Positions 42,013-53,743 of a DNA stretch of 64,000 nt are shown here, piece by piece (position 1 is the first letter of the stretch; each line of letters starts with the position of its first letter). The DNA comes from Octopus vulgaris. Lineage: Eukaryota. The notes under the pieces are model-generated. The model did no database searches. It worked only from the letters and a program-made list of their open reading frames with translations, and had not been told where the DNA came from. The stretch lies in NCBI GenBank assembly GCA_951406725.2, contig OX597822.1, positions 75,330,001-75,394,000 on the forward strand, in the 5' to 3' direction. The position numbers were made by a program, and so were the translations under genes.

Positions 42013-43639
42013 TCAAAACGAGCTGATACATTACAATATCTCAGCACCAACTTAAGCAAAATTGTATGAAGTGGTTACATCAGCTCATTATCTCTTCTCA
42101 TACGTATTACACACCTGATACTTTATTTAATAACTGCATTACAGTTAAGAAATCTTTTACCCCGTTGCCTCAAGGAGAATTTCCATCCATCGTCTATTAG
42201 CAACGAGTGGATAACAACAAAACCATAGCAGTAGAGCTTCATCCTGCTGGCAGAGGGTGTGGTTGCACAAAACATTACAGGCCAAAAATATGTGTTTCAA
42301 GACGGCGAGCTGGCAGAAACGTTAGCACGCCGGACGAAATGATTAGCGGTATTCCGCTGAGGTCGACTTTGCCTTTCATCCTTTCCTGAGTCGATTTCTG
42401 TTGTACCTGTATTTCAAAGGGGCCAGCCTTGTCACACTCTGTGTCACGCGTTAAGTGTACACGTGTCTGTGGAGTGTTCAGTCACTTGCACGTTAATTTT
42501 ACGAGCAGGCTGTTCCGTTGATCGGATCAACTGGAACCCTCGTCGTCGTAACCGACGGAGTAATATATATATATATTTAAGTATAACCTCCTCATACAGT
42601 GATTATTTTCTGGTTTGGTAAACTTATTGGAGAAACAGAAAAACTGTATCTCAAACAGTATCTTTCCCCATATGAATTGTGTTTATATTTTATCGAAATA
42701 GGAAAATGAAAAGTAGCTGGGGAGAGATAATCTTTAAGACACGCGCACACACAAACGCACACTGTAAATATTATTTTATAAATATGTATAGATATCATAG
42801 GAATTATCTTGAATATTGAATGATAGAGTGAGGAAATGATGAATAGCTCCTATGATATAATGCGTTTTGATTTTCAATAAGGACAAATATCAGCTTATGG
42901 ATTTCTCAGATTCGTTATTAAAGAAGCAAAGCAATTAATATACGATAAATAATGTGATACAAACTACATTATACAGTAGTCTCTTAAATAAACTAAACCA
43001 CCTGTGTTTACCAGTATATTTCACTGCAATTACTTCATTTGCGAATTGGTTATATTTACCTGTTCACAAGACTTCGTCGGCCTACATTGTGTAGATGTAA
43101 ACACACCTGTAAAGCGGTAGAACGTGTGTTGTAAGTTAAGCGTTAGAAGGCAAATACTTCAACGCAATCTCTGAAATGTTTGTATTATTTTTTCACCATT
43201 TCGTCCAGATATTGCAAAGAAGAAGATGACGTAAAATTCAAGCCTTACTTGATAGAACAACCAGTGTCAGTTCCAGAATGGCATTCTCGGAATACAGTTG
43301 TTTCGGTTTAAAAATTTGTCGTATTTCAAGAGAAAATGCATTACAGAAACAAAGAAAAAAGAAAGAAAGGGGAAAAAATCATTGTCGTGGATGTGGGGTT
43401 AATTAGCTTTCTTTCCCAACTCTGGTCTTGGATTCAATCCCACGGTGTGACACTTATGGCAAGTATTTTCTATTATAACCCCATGATTATAGTCCCGGAA
43501 TTAGTAGCCGGATAGACAAAAAAAAAGAAAACAAAAAACAAAACAAAAAAAAAAACCCCTGAAACTTTGCGAGGCGAAAAGGAGTATATTAGCAAAAGTG
43601 AAAGGAAGTGTAGTGCAAGGGCGGTAGGAAATCTGCCAA

Positions 43640-43698
<59 letters not shown>

Positions 43699-44160
43699 GA
43701 TGGGCTACAGCAAATATTCTGCTCAATACAACAGATTTGCTTGTCAGTTGTTTGACCTTAATCAGTTGAGCATTTCCCTTAGTGGCTGACGATATGTGCA
43801 TCTCTGATCACGAGCAGAAGTAGTGGGGGAGCATCATAGCCATGTGTTGAGAGGGATTCTTTGGGGTTTGAATAATTCACCTCTGGAAACATGGGTGGTT
43901 CTTTCAACATCCTTAAACAATCCTTATTCAGGGACCTTTTGAGCGGGATGGGCTACTCAACCTGAAGAAAATTCTAACTGGGCCCCACCCGCAAGGTCAT
44001 GTGCTGTTTATCTTGATATGAGATCACCATGTCGCGCACATATGGTTGTGATGCATGTGCCTGGTGTACCTTTATCAGACAGGTAGTCATGATGGGTATA
44101 TTGGGCTTCGTATATTTTACCCCAGAGTCACTTTGATGGCATGAACTGCTCTCTCACTCA
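43699..44160 (+). mobile_element. Non-coding (TAA)n-inserted element, copy 1 (5'-truncated)
   Basis: Similar to 45938-46373; ends tctcactc followed by (aat)n. Confidence 0.75.
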
Positions 44161-44177
44161 ATAATAATAATAATAAT

Positions 44178-45821
44178 GTAGGAGTTCGGGATGGAGTTTG
44201 GGCTTGAGAAGTGTGCCAAGGCCACTTTCCAGAAAGGGAAAGTGAAGACCACAAATTCAGTCATGTTAGACGTTGACACAGTCATAAGAGAGCTTGAGCA
44301 AGAACAAACATACAAATATTTAGGGATAAATGAAGGCTCTGGTATTCAGCATGCAAGCATGAAAGAGAAGATCAGGAAGGAATGTTATAGGAGAGTTTGT
44401 GCAGTCCTGAAATCTGAACTAAATGCACGTAACAAGGTGTTAGCTATAAATTCCTTAGCAGTTCCAGATGTTACTTATAGCTACAATGTGTTGAACTTGA
44501 ATATGAGTGAAGTAAAGAATATAGATAGGAAAATACGCAAGCTGCTGAGTTGTAATAGGATGCACCACCGAAAGCAGACGTAGATTGCCTTTACCTCCCC
44601 AGAGCCCAAGGAGGTCGAGGCCTGACCCAATTTGAACTATCTTACAAAACAACCACAATTGGACTGGCCAAATATCTTGAAATAACGAATGACTGGATGC
44701 TAAAGCTCGTGGAAAATCACGAGAGACGAAAGAAGCTTCATTCTATCATAAAGGAAAGCAAAAAAATTGCTATTGATCTCGTGCAGGATACCCAAACTGA
44801 ACAACCCGAGGGAAGTACGGCAACTATTGTTGCAAAGAAGGTGAAATAATGGCAACGAGAAAAGCGCACGAGCAATTGGCTGATAGGTGGGAGGAGAAAC
44901 CTCTGCACGGCAAATATGTGACCCATAGCAAACAAGCTGATGTTGACCAGAAGCAAACCTATCAGTGGCTACGGAGCTCAGGGCTAAATGCAGAGAGCGA
45001 ATGTTTCATCCTGGCTGCTCAAGATCAAAGCCTATTAACCCGGAACTACCAGGCCAATGTGATGAAAAATGGAGCAAACCCAAAATGCCGATTCTGCAAC
45101 GACATGATTGAAACAGTGAACCACCTAATCTCTGGATATAAAGTCTTAGTACCAGTGGAGTATAAATTAAGACATGACAGAGTTGGCCAATATCTACACT
45201 GGCTAATAAGTCGGCATTACAATATCAAAACTGCCGACAAGTGGTATAATCACCACCCTGAGGCTGTAACTGAAGGAGAAAACGTAACGATTCTGTGGGA
45301 CTTTCCATTACATACGGACCGAACCATCAAAACCAATAAACCGGATATTGTTGTGAAAGACCAAAACAATAAAGTTTGCTTATTGATCGACATGGGCATC
45401 CCCTGTGATCATAATATCTTGGCGAAAGAGTTTGACAAGCTCAGAAAATATAAAGACCTGCTCATTGAAACTGAGAAAATGTGGCATCTCAAGGCGGTTA
45501 CAATACCAGTGATCGTAGGAGCACTAGGAATGATCAAGAAGGGAACCGAAAATAATATGAGAATGATCCCTGGCTTACCATCCCTGCAAGAAGTGCAAAA
45601 GATTGTCTTAACTGGTACATCACACGTATTGAGAAGAGCATTGTCGATGTGAGTACTATTACTACCCATGTATTTTAATTTAACTTAAAAAAAAAAATGG
45701 ACGAACTAGTGAGTTTAGTTTAATGGCCTACCAATGTATACTATGAGTTTCTTTGCCCTAGGAGTCGGGAAGACACTCGGCAAGGAATGGAAGCAAATTT
45801 GAAAGAAGAAGAAGAAAAAAG
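44178..45821 (+). mobile_element. 5'-truncated R4/Dong-clade RLE non-LTR retrotransposon
   Basis: RT thumb FGMEFGLEKCAKA, YKYLG, LYLPRAQGGRGL; knuckle CRFC..ETVNHLISG; RHD; RLE WDF..TDRTIKTNKPDIVV..LLID..K..KY. Frameshifts near 44575 and 44850. Flanked by (TAA)n on both sides. Confidence 0.9.
44849..45652 (+). pseudogene. R4/Dong ORF C-terminal part (zinc knuckle plus restriction-like endonuclease)
   Basis: 267-aa ORF with the motifs above; the last knuckle Cys is mutated to Tyr. Confidence 0.85.
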
Positions 45822-45841
45822 ATAATAATAATAATAATAAT

Positions 45842-46373
45842 ACATGTCGTGATGCAGTGCCAGGCAGTGGCTCTCGCGGCTTCTGATCTTAACTGAGTGG
45901 AAGTGATATCATGTACATTGTTTTGTCTTGGTATAAAAGATGGGCTACAGCAAATATTCTGCTCAATACCACAGATTTGCTTGTCAGTTGTTTGACCTTA
46001 ACCAGTTGAGCATGTCCCTTGGTGGTTGAAAATATGTGCATCTCTGATTACGAGCATGTGTTGAGAGGAATTCTTCGGAGTTTGAATAATTCATCTGTGG
46101 AAACTTGAGGGCTTCGTTCATCATCCTTACACAAACCTTATTCAGGGACCTTTTGATCGGGATGAGCTACTTAACTTGAAGAAAATTCTAACCGGCTCCC
46201 TCCTGAAAGGTCATGCGCTGTTTATATTGATAAAGGGTCACCATGTCATGCGCATATGGTTATGGTGCATGTGCCTAGTGTACCCTTATCAGACGGGTAG
46301 TTATGATGGGTATATCGGGCTTCGTATATTTTACCTCAGTGTCACTTTGATGACATGCGTTGCTGTCTCACTC
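45842..46373 (+). mobile_element. Non-coding (TAA)n-inserted element, copy 2
   Basis: Longer copy of 43699-44160, between (AAT)n tracts. Confidence 0.75.
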
Positions 46374-46415
<42 letters not shown>

Positions 46416-46593
46416 TCTTCTTATTATTATCATTATTTACTGCAATAAACGTAGTTATAATAGTTATAATAGTTGTAAAAATAATGATGCAGATACTAAC
46501 GACAGTAATAATATTATTATTCCCAACACACACACACGCACACACACACACACACACTCACACATACACACGCGCATACATACACATACATAT

Positions 46594-46764
46594 ATAGTTC
46601 AAATGTATAGAAAACAAAAGACAAAGGTAGGTGAGGGAGTAACAAGGACGAGTAATAGTTTGACGCTCGAGAAAAATACGAAAGTCTTAGACGTTTCGAG
46701 CCTATGCTCTTCGATAGAAAGGGATGAGAGGAAAAAGGGAGAGCGTATTGGTATTAACATCATA

Positions 46765-46814
<50 letters not shown>

Positions 46815-46923
46815 AGGCTCGAAACGTAAAAGACTTTCTCACTTTCTCGAGCATCAAACTAATACACCTGCTTGTTGTTTATACACCCGTCTTTGTCTTT
46901 TGTTTTTCTGTAAATTTCAACTA
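46594..46923. mobile_element. Inverted pair of Penelope-like pseudo-LTR ends
   Basis: 46594-46720 and 46812-46923 are diverged inverted copies carrying a GAGC-atag-GCTC-GAAAC hammerhead-like stem; set in TA/CA microsatellites. Confidence 0.55.
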
Positions 46924-46925
46924 TG

Positions 46926-46999
<74 letters not shown>

Positions 47000-47249
47000 T
47001 AAGACTCGCTCATTGAAGCGATCTCTCATTTTTTTAAGTCTTTAAAGAGAACTCCGAAGGTTGGCCTCCAACCCAGGAACTTTTCAGAATTCCGTCGTAT
47101 ATATATATTTGTACTTACATACACAGTTGAGGTAGGATCAACAAGAAAAGTACTCCATCCAGTTGGAGATAAATATCATTTAATTGAAACTGTATTAAAA
47201 TAAGTGCTGATAGTACTTTTTGCCATTGAAACACGTGGTCAGGCAGATT

Positions 47250-47486
47250 TTTATGGCGCAAATCATGTCTCCAAGCAATCTTCAGCCACGTATGAACCTC
47301 AAGGGAAACTGCACACCACGTGGAAATATATGCCATATGTAAATGGATATAAGAAATGCAGCTTATGCTTTGCTTGAAGATCGGACATTCTTTTTAGAGT
47401 CAATAATTCTACAACAATACTTAGTTCCAGATCAGAAATTTTCAGCAAATGCAAACATGCGGGAAAATTTCTTTTGCCGAACTGAA
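47250..47486 (+). pseudogene. Penelope-like element GIY-YIG C-terminal remnant
   Basis: PYVNGYKKCSLC ... TTILSSRSEIFSKCKHAGKFLLPN-stop, cf. the Penelope-type C-terminus PY..K.C.LC..EK..LN.RSE..SKCRH..KFLL; frameshifted. Confidence 0.6.
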
Positions 47487-47966
47487 AGACATCTACCTCC
47501 CCGGATTGAACACTTATCTCGCAAACTCGGAATCCTCTTCGTTGAATTATTCTACAATAAGTAGTTTAAATATGATTTCTACGGTCAAAGGCAACGTAAG
47601 TCTAATTTTCCTTCTTTCCTTTCTTTTCTTTTCTTTTTCCCCTCTTTAGTTACTCTTTGTTTTTTCATTTCATCTTTTGCATCAACCTTCTCGTTTATTT
47701 TTTTGGAACTTCTCATGTGTCAGCGTCCTGATTTTCAGATAGAAAAAAAACATGTGACCAGAGCCTGTAGATTGCATGGAGACACAAGGCACAATATAAG
47801 AATCTACCTAACCACATGTCTGAGTGGGAAGAAACTATTAGTAGCTTTCATTTTAATACGGTGTATTTAATACAGTGTACATTAAATAATACACAACAAA
47901 CGCCCACGGGCACACAAACACACACACATATTTGTAAAATAAAATCTCTCTTTCTTTCTCTCTCTC

Positions 47967-48013
<47 letters not shown>

Positions 48014-48747
48014 TAGCATTAAAGACCCGTCGTTGCCGGGTCATAGTGCTAGTGCATGTATATATGTGTATATATATGTGTACATATTACATGTACATCT
48101 ATATATATATACATCTACACATAAAATACAAAATACAAAGTTATATCTTGATATCGCTAGTGATAACAATACTAAAAATATATAACAGACTGGAATTGTT
48201 AGCCCGTCTCTTGTAATTTCGATCAATTGTATCTTGTCCTCCCTCTTGTATAGAAGTGTGGCTACAATCCAGCCTACCTCTACTTCAGGGGGGCGGGCAT
48301 TTTCAATTTTTTCCGGGACGTCCTACGTCCCAGATATAAAGGTAAAAGTAAAATATTTCCACTTTGCAAGTTCGAGTCGAGTATTCCCTTGCACGCTCCA
48401 TTGACTCGAACTTTGCTTCTATTGTGGCGAATTTACCGCCTCTGATTAGATACCTTTCATAGTCGCACCAAGACACTTTTCGAAGGTGCTTTCCTCCATG
48501 TTGTTTTATTATTACCCACAAGGGGCGAACATAGATGGGACAATACAATCTGATGATGGGGTCAGACACACGAATGGGTTTTTACAATAAATCGAATTTA
48601 AAAATTTTCATGAATTACAATAAATGGACAGAAATCGAATGATGGGACAGACCGGAAGACATTACGGGTGGAGTGGGTGCGGGTTTAGCTCGGACCCCAC
48701 GAGCCCCGCCTCCCCACTGATACTTTTGGTTGCGCTTGGTATTACAT

Positions 48748-51700
48748 TTATGTTGTATCTTTCACTCGCAACTTTCGTGCTACATCCTTCCATCGTTCTT
48801 CATACACTCTCCTAGTCAGGCATATTCTCTCCAGCCCTATCTTCCTTTTCAGGTGAAAGATGAAATAATTCATCAAACCAGGGCCGGAGATGAACTTGCC
48901 TGACTGTAAACCTTTCATTCTCGTCTTCCATATCACCTCTTTCGCAATTGCTACTACAACGAGAAAACGAAACTTACCTTCATTCACGAGGAAATCCGGT
49001 GGGTCAATTTTTGTAATCGACTCAGTCGACAGCTGTACTCTTCGTGTACCTGACAACAGCTGTTCGGCATAAACCCACACCTCAGACACGTCCGGACAAT
49101 GAACAATAGCGTGCGGGACGGTTTCCCTATCCCGCCCGCATCTTGGACATATCGGACTGTCTTGGCCACCGTGCCTTGCGAGTTTATCCCGAACAGGTAG
49201 AGCTCCTCTGTAGCATTGCCATGCCAGAGACTTCTGGAAGTTGTCCAGTGTCCTCGGCTTGAACGTACGTCGGAACAGACTGGCCAGCTGATTATCGTCG
49301 AGACCTAGGGTTTCCCCCAAGGTATCTTCACATTCCGCCTCTACCAACCCTCTATAGAAGAATGTGGTGGAACCCCCACCGCAGGCGTTGCCCGAGCGAC
49401 GGAATAGCAGGAGAGCCTTGCGACACTCCGTGTACCAAGTACCAAGTTTCGATCTACGATTCAGCCAGGTTTCCCATCCACCGAAACTAGTGAACTTGGG
49501 AAACATCAGTTTTGCTAGCGAAGACCACACCCGTTCACCATCCAGGTAGAGCCACAGATGTCTTAACCTCAGCGCATGTCTGCGCATCATCAGCCAAGGC
49601 ATCCCTAGCCCACCCTTTAACGGTTGTTGACAGCAAGTAGAGCGTTTCACAAGTGGTTTCCCGCCCTTCCACAAGAAGTAGAAGAGCTGTCTTTCCAACT
49701 TGATCAACCACGAATCAGGGCAAGGAACGACGGAAAGGCGGTAGGTGATAACCGATGCGATAAACACATTGGCCACCTCCGCCCTCCCTTTCAGGGATAG
49801 CCACCGCCAAGACCAGGTCTTGGCTACTGCAGCCACCTTGCTCGTTACCTCGCCCCAATTCTTCTCTATTTGGAGGTCTGGACCGAACCAGACCCTAGCA
49901 GTTTAATCGGACCCTCCGTCCAACGTCCCACGACGCTGTCAGGAGGCATCGACTTGCCTCTCCAGGTGCCGAGTTGCAAGCCGACTGACTTTTCGCGATT
50001 AACTTTTGCTCCTGTCACCGTCTCGTAAACCTCTATGGCCTTGCCTACTTTACATAGGTGGTCCATTTCGGTTACGATGATGGTGATGTCATCCGCGTAC
50101 GCTGACACTGATTTTCCATTACCTGGCTGTCGGGATGCCGCTCAGTTTTCGCAGTAATGGCTCAAGAGCCATCACGTACAAAAGCGGGGAGAGCGGACAC
50201 CCTTGACGAACCGAGCGTTTGATTTTGAACGGCTTCGACAAGAAGCCGTTCACCCGAACTACCGAGTCGATGTTATCATAAATTTGGATAATCCACCTGA
50301 GGAAGCCAAGGCTCAGCCCGAACTGTGCCAGGGCAGATACCAGGTAACGATGGTCGACCCTATCAAAAGCTTTAGATTGGTCTAAATGGACCAGTGCCCC
50401 ACCCTTGCCAGAATCACTATTAAACCCCTCTATAGTGTACCGCATTAGATGGAGATTATCCTGAATGGATCTGCCCGGAACGGCACATGTCTGTGCCTCT
50501 CCGATCAGACCATCCGCGACACGCGCCAATCTTTTCGATAACACTTTGGCCAAAATCTTCAACTCTGTGTTTAGCAGAGTGATGGGCCTGAAATTATCAA
50601 TGCACTCCCCCTTGCTCGGGTCCTTTCTGACGAGAGTCACTACTCCCCGGCGCACAGATCTGGGTATAAGCCCGTTCTGCTGCCAGTTCGCATAGACCTC
50701 CGCCAGTAGGTGCCCGAACAAGTCTGGCATACTCTTATATAACTCATAGGGTAGACCATCCAAACCCGGCGCCTTGCCCGCGCCGCAGTCCGCCATTGCT
50801 TCAACCACATCCTCAGGCGTGATTGGCCCTTCACAGCCCTCCGCATCTCGCCCCGATAAGCGCGGCAGCCCGTCGAGTAGGTCCGTAAAGGTCCTCCTCC
50901 TATCCAGTCCGCCGCACTCACCGAAAAGCTGAGCGAAGTGCTCCTGAAAGGCCTCACACATCTCCTCGGGTTCGTTTATCAACTCACCTTGTTGGTTCGT
51001 CAAAGATCGAATCGTGGCATCGTTACCATGCTGAGCTTCCACCACTCGGGCCCATCTCACGGCGTTGATTCCTTCACATCCCATATGGCGGATTCTAGCC
51101 CTGACAATGCAGCCCATGTGTTTGGCCTCGAGGTGCTGGTTTAACACCAGTCTCTTGGACGCCACCTGAGCCGCAGAGCCAGTTTTCATGGCTTCCTCTA
51201 ATTCCTTAACTAGAGTAGTTTCCCTTCTAGCCTCTCTAGCCACTACTCCTATGCTATATCTAATAGACTCAAACTTGATGGCTCGTTTGAGGGCGTACCA
51301 CCATTTGTTATTAATGATGGTACCAGATAGTGCCCTCTGAATTATATTCCTAATCCGGTCTTTGTACTCCTTAATCGCCAAAAGGGACGTATTAAGTTTC
51401 CAGTAACCGGATCCTCTATTTTTAACCTTATCTATGTCAAGCTTACAAGTGACCATTTTATGATCACTGTAGCTGATCGGGTAAAACTGTGGACACTTAG
51501 CTATTTTACTGTCTACTTTTCTAATTAGTATTCTATCTAAATATGACCTGGAAGATCCGTCGCTGTTTGACCATGTCCACAATGGAGCGTTCGGAAATTC
51601 CAGCCTATAAGGATCTGCTAGCTCAAAGCGGCTTAGCAGTTCCATGAAGCCACTGTTGCCTTTTCTATCTGGACGCGAGCCAACACAATCTACATCCGCT

Positions 51701-52140
51701 TTGCAAATTGTGTTAAAGTCTCCTAGCACCACTAATGAATGCGAAGTACCAAGAAAGTTTTCTAGTTCACGAAAATAATCACTTTGCCCTGTATGGTTGG
51801 GTGCGTAAATTGCAACCAGTCTGATAACTTTACCATTACTGAACGTCAAATCCATGACGACCAGCCTACCTTCTGGATCTGCAAAAATTAACTTTTTCTC
51901 AGAAACCCGGTTTCTTTTTAATAGGACCAACACCCCACTCCCGCCTGTAGGACTGCCAGGAGAGAAAAAACTCTCGTAGCCGTCAAACAGCGGGAGTAGA
52001 CCTCTTGGCCCCTCTAACCGGGTTTCTGTAGCAACAATAACATCTAAATTACGCGACCTGATATCATGCAGGAAGCGACCTTGCTTCCAGCCTGCTCCCA
52101 GGCCGCGCACATTCAAACAACCAACATAAATGTAATCCAT
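48748..52140 (-). pseudogene. Tx1 ORF2: APE endonuclease, reverse transcriptase and C-terminal zinc finger (2 frameshifts)
   Basis: LNVRGL, ATET, IYAPN, GDFN, YLDRI, SDH (APE); KAPGLDG, FRPITLLN, DQSKAFD, RQGCPLSPLLY, YADD (RT); GGLG; CPRC..ETVPHAIVHC. Frameshifts near 50125 and 49892. Confidence 0.93.
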
Positions 52141-52149
52141 TACTTACCT

Positions 52150-53527
52150 TTATATCAGTGGTTCGGTTTTCTCTTGTTCTTCTAACTCTTTTTCTGGGCC
52201 TCGTGGGGGAGTCTGACGTAGGCCCTCGAATATATGTGGAGATGTCACATCCAATCTAAGTGGGCCTACGTCATGGAAGAATTCTGACTTTATCCGCCCG
52301 TAATCCTTCCGGCCTATTCTGTAAATTACAAAGTCGTTTTTTTTCACTACTTTCTCCACTTTGGCCATGGCTGCCAACACGTTTCCGAGTCTGCTATTTG
52401 CTGCCTTTACGGCCATATACGAGTTCATTGACTCTTTTTTCTTTTTTAAAATTACTCTGGGAGGGGTGGTTTCCGTTTTTCTTTTTTTTTTCCCGGTAAT
52501 TTTTGCCCACCCCTCCTCATTTATCTTTTCCTCGCTCTTTTTTTCCTCCGCCGCTGGTTCTGCTGTCACCGTCACCTCCACACCTTCAGTCTTCCTTCTG
52601 GGCCGTCCGACGCTGCTTCTGGTGACACATTATCTTCTTTTTCTTTTGGCTTAGGTGCTTCCTGCGGTTTGGGTTGGGGTTGGCATTCCGCCCTTACATG
52701 ACCCTTCTTGCCGCAGCCGAAGCACCTCGGCTTCCTGCCCTCCACGAAAACTGTTATTTTCTCGTCTTCACTAATCTTTACCGTTTCTGGAATTTCTTCC
52801 AGTGTTTGCACCTCCGCCTGAATGGCTATCACTATTTTCTGCCCTTTCCAAAACTCCTCTTCCTCCACTGTGGCCTGGAGGATGTTTATTTTTTCCTCCA
52901 GACCTACCATCACTGCTGCCACCAGACATTCTGCATCTGCCTCTGGCGGTATGTTGTTCATTGAAATTTTCGACGTCCTTTTTCCTTTATACAATGGTAG
53001 TAAGACAATGTTTTCTGTTTTGATCGGCTCCATCGATAGTTTTTTCGCTATCTCCTCCGTAGTAAAACGCACCTCCACTGTGCCGTATCTTTTTCCTCTG
53101 TTTATATACGTTATTTTATCCATAAAAGGTTTTAGACAAAACTCTATTTTTTTTCTTCGATTTTTTGGATCATTTTTGTCGTTGTGTCGTAAGTTTTATA
53201 TATTATTCTTTTTTTTTCTATATCGTCATGTTTTTGTATGTTTGTGGCCACAGTCACTTCTGTGCCCTCTTTTTTTACACAGTCTGCAAATTTTTCCAAA
53301 TTTTCTATATTTATTTTTTTAATCTTTTTCCCAGCCACTTCAGCGAATTTTTTCGCTGGAGTTGATGCTGGTACTGGTTTTTCCATTTTCTTGGGCGACG
53401 CCGCCTCTTTTTTCTTCGGCGACAACGCCTCTTTTTTTCTTGGCGACAACGCCTCTTTTTTTCTTGGCGACAACGCCGGGTATTCATCCTCGCTCGTCAC
53501 GGGCGAATAAGAGATGGGGGACTCCAT
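52150..53527 (-). pseudogene. Tx1 ORF1 (gag-like: RRM-like region plus CCHC knuckle), 2 frameshifts
   Basis: Three consecutive ORF pieces; knuckle CFGCGKKGHVRAEC; ATG at 53527; stop 9 bp before the ORF2 ATG. Confidence 0.85.
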
Positions 53528-53743
53528 CTTGAACAAATGGCTTTAACAAGCCTTTGGTAAATCCAAATTAATTGTAGTTTTCCCCCACGGAGGGGGGAAC
53601 ACCAACGCGAAGGCCGACTTCGTCAGTTAGACAACAATAGACAAAACAGGTAGACCAACAGTATATAATAACAGAGATAATAGTACGAGAGCAAAAATAT
53701 ATCAACTTACTAATAAACGCAAAAAATTGATTTCCTCCATGTT

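Larger units (their letters stand above)
48503..53730 (-). mobile_element. Full-length Tx1/L1-clade non-LTR retrotransposon (unit A)
   Basis: 5' UTR, ORF1, ORF2 and 3' tail; 13-bp TSD tttcctccatgtt at 48490-48502 and 53731-53743. Confidence 0.92.

Noticed and set aside
43058-43340. Two short minus-strand exon-like segments
   Set aside because: The upstream segment lacks a good acceptor and the peptides are unrecognisable.
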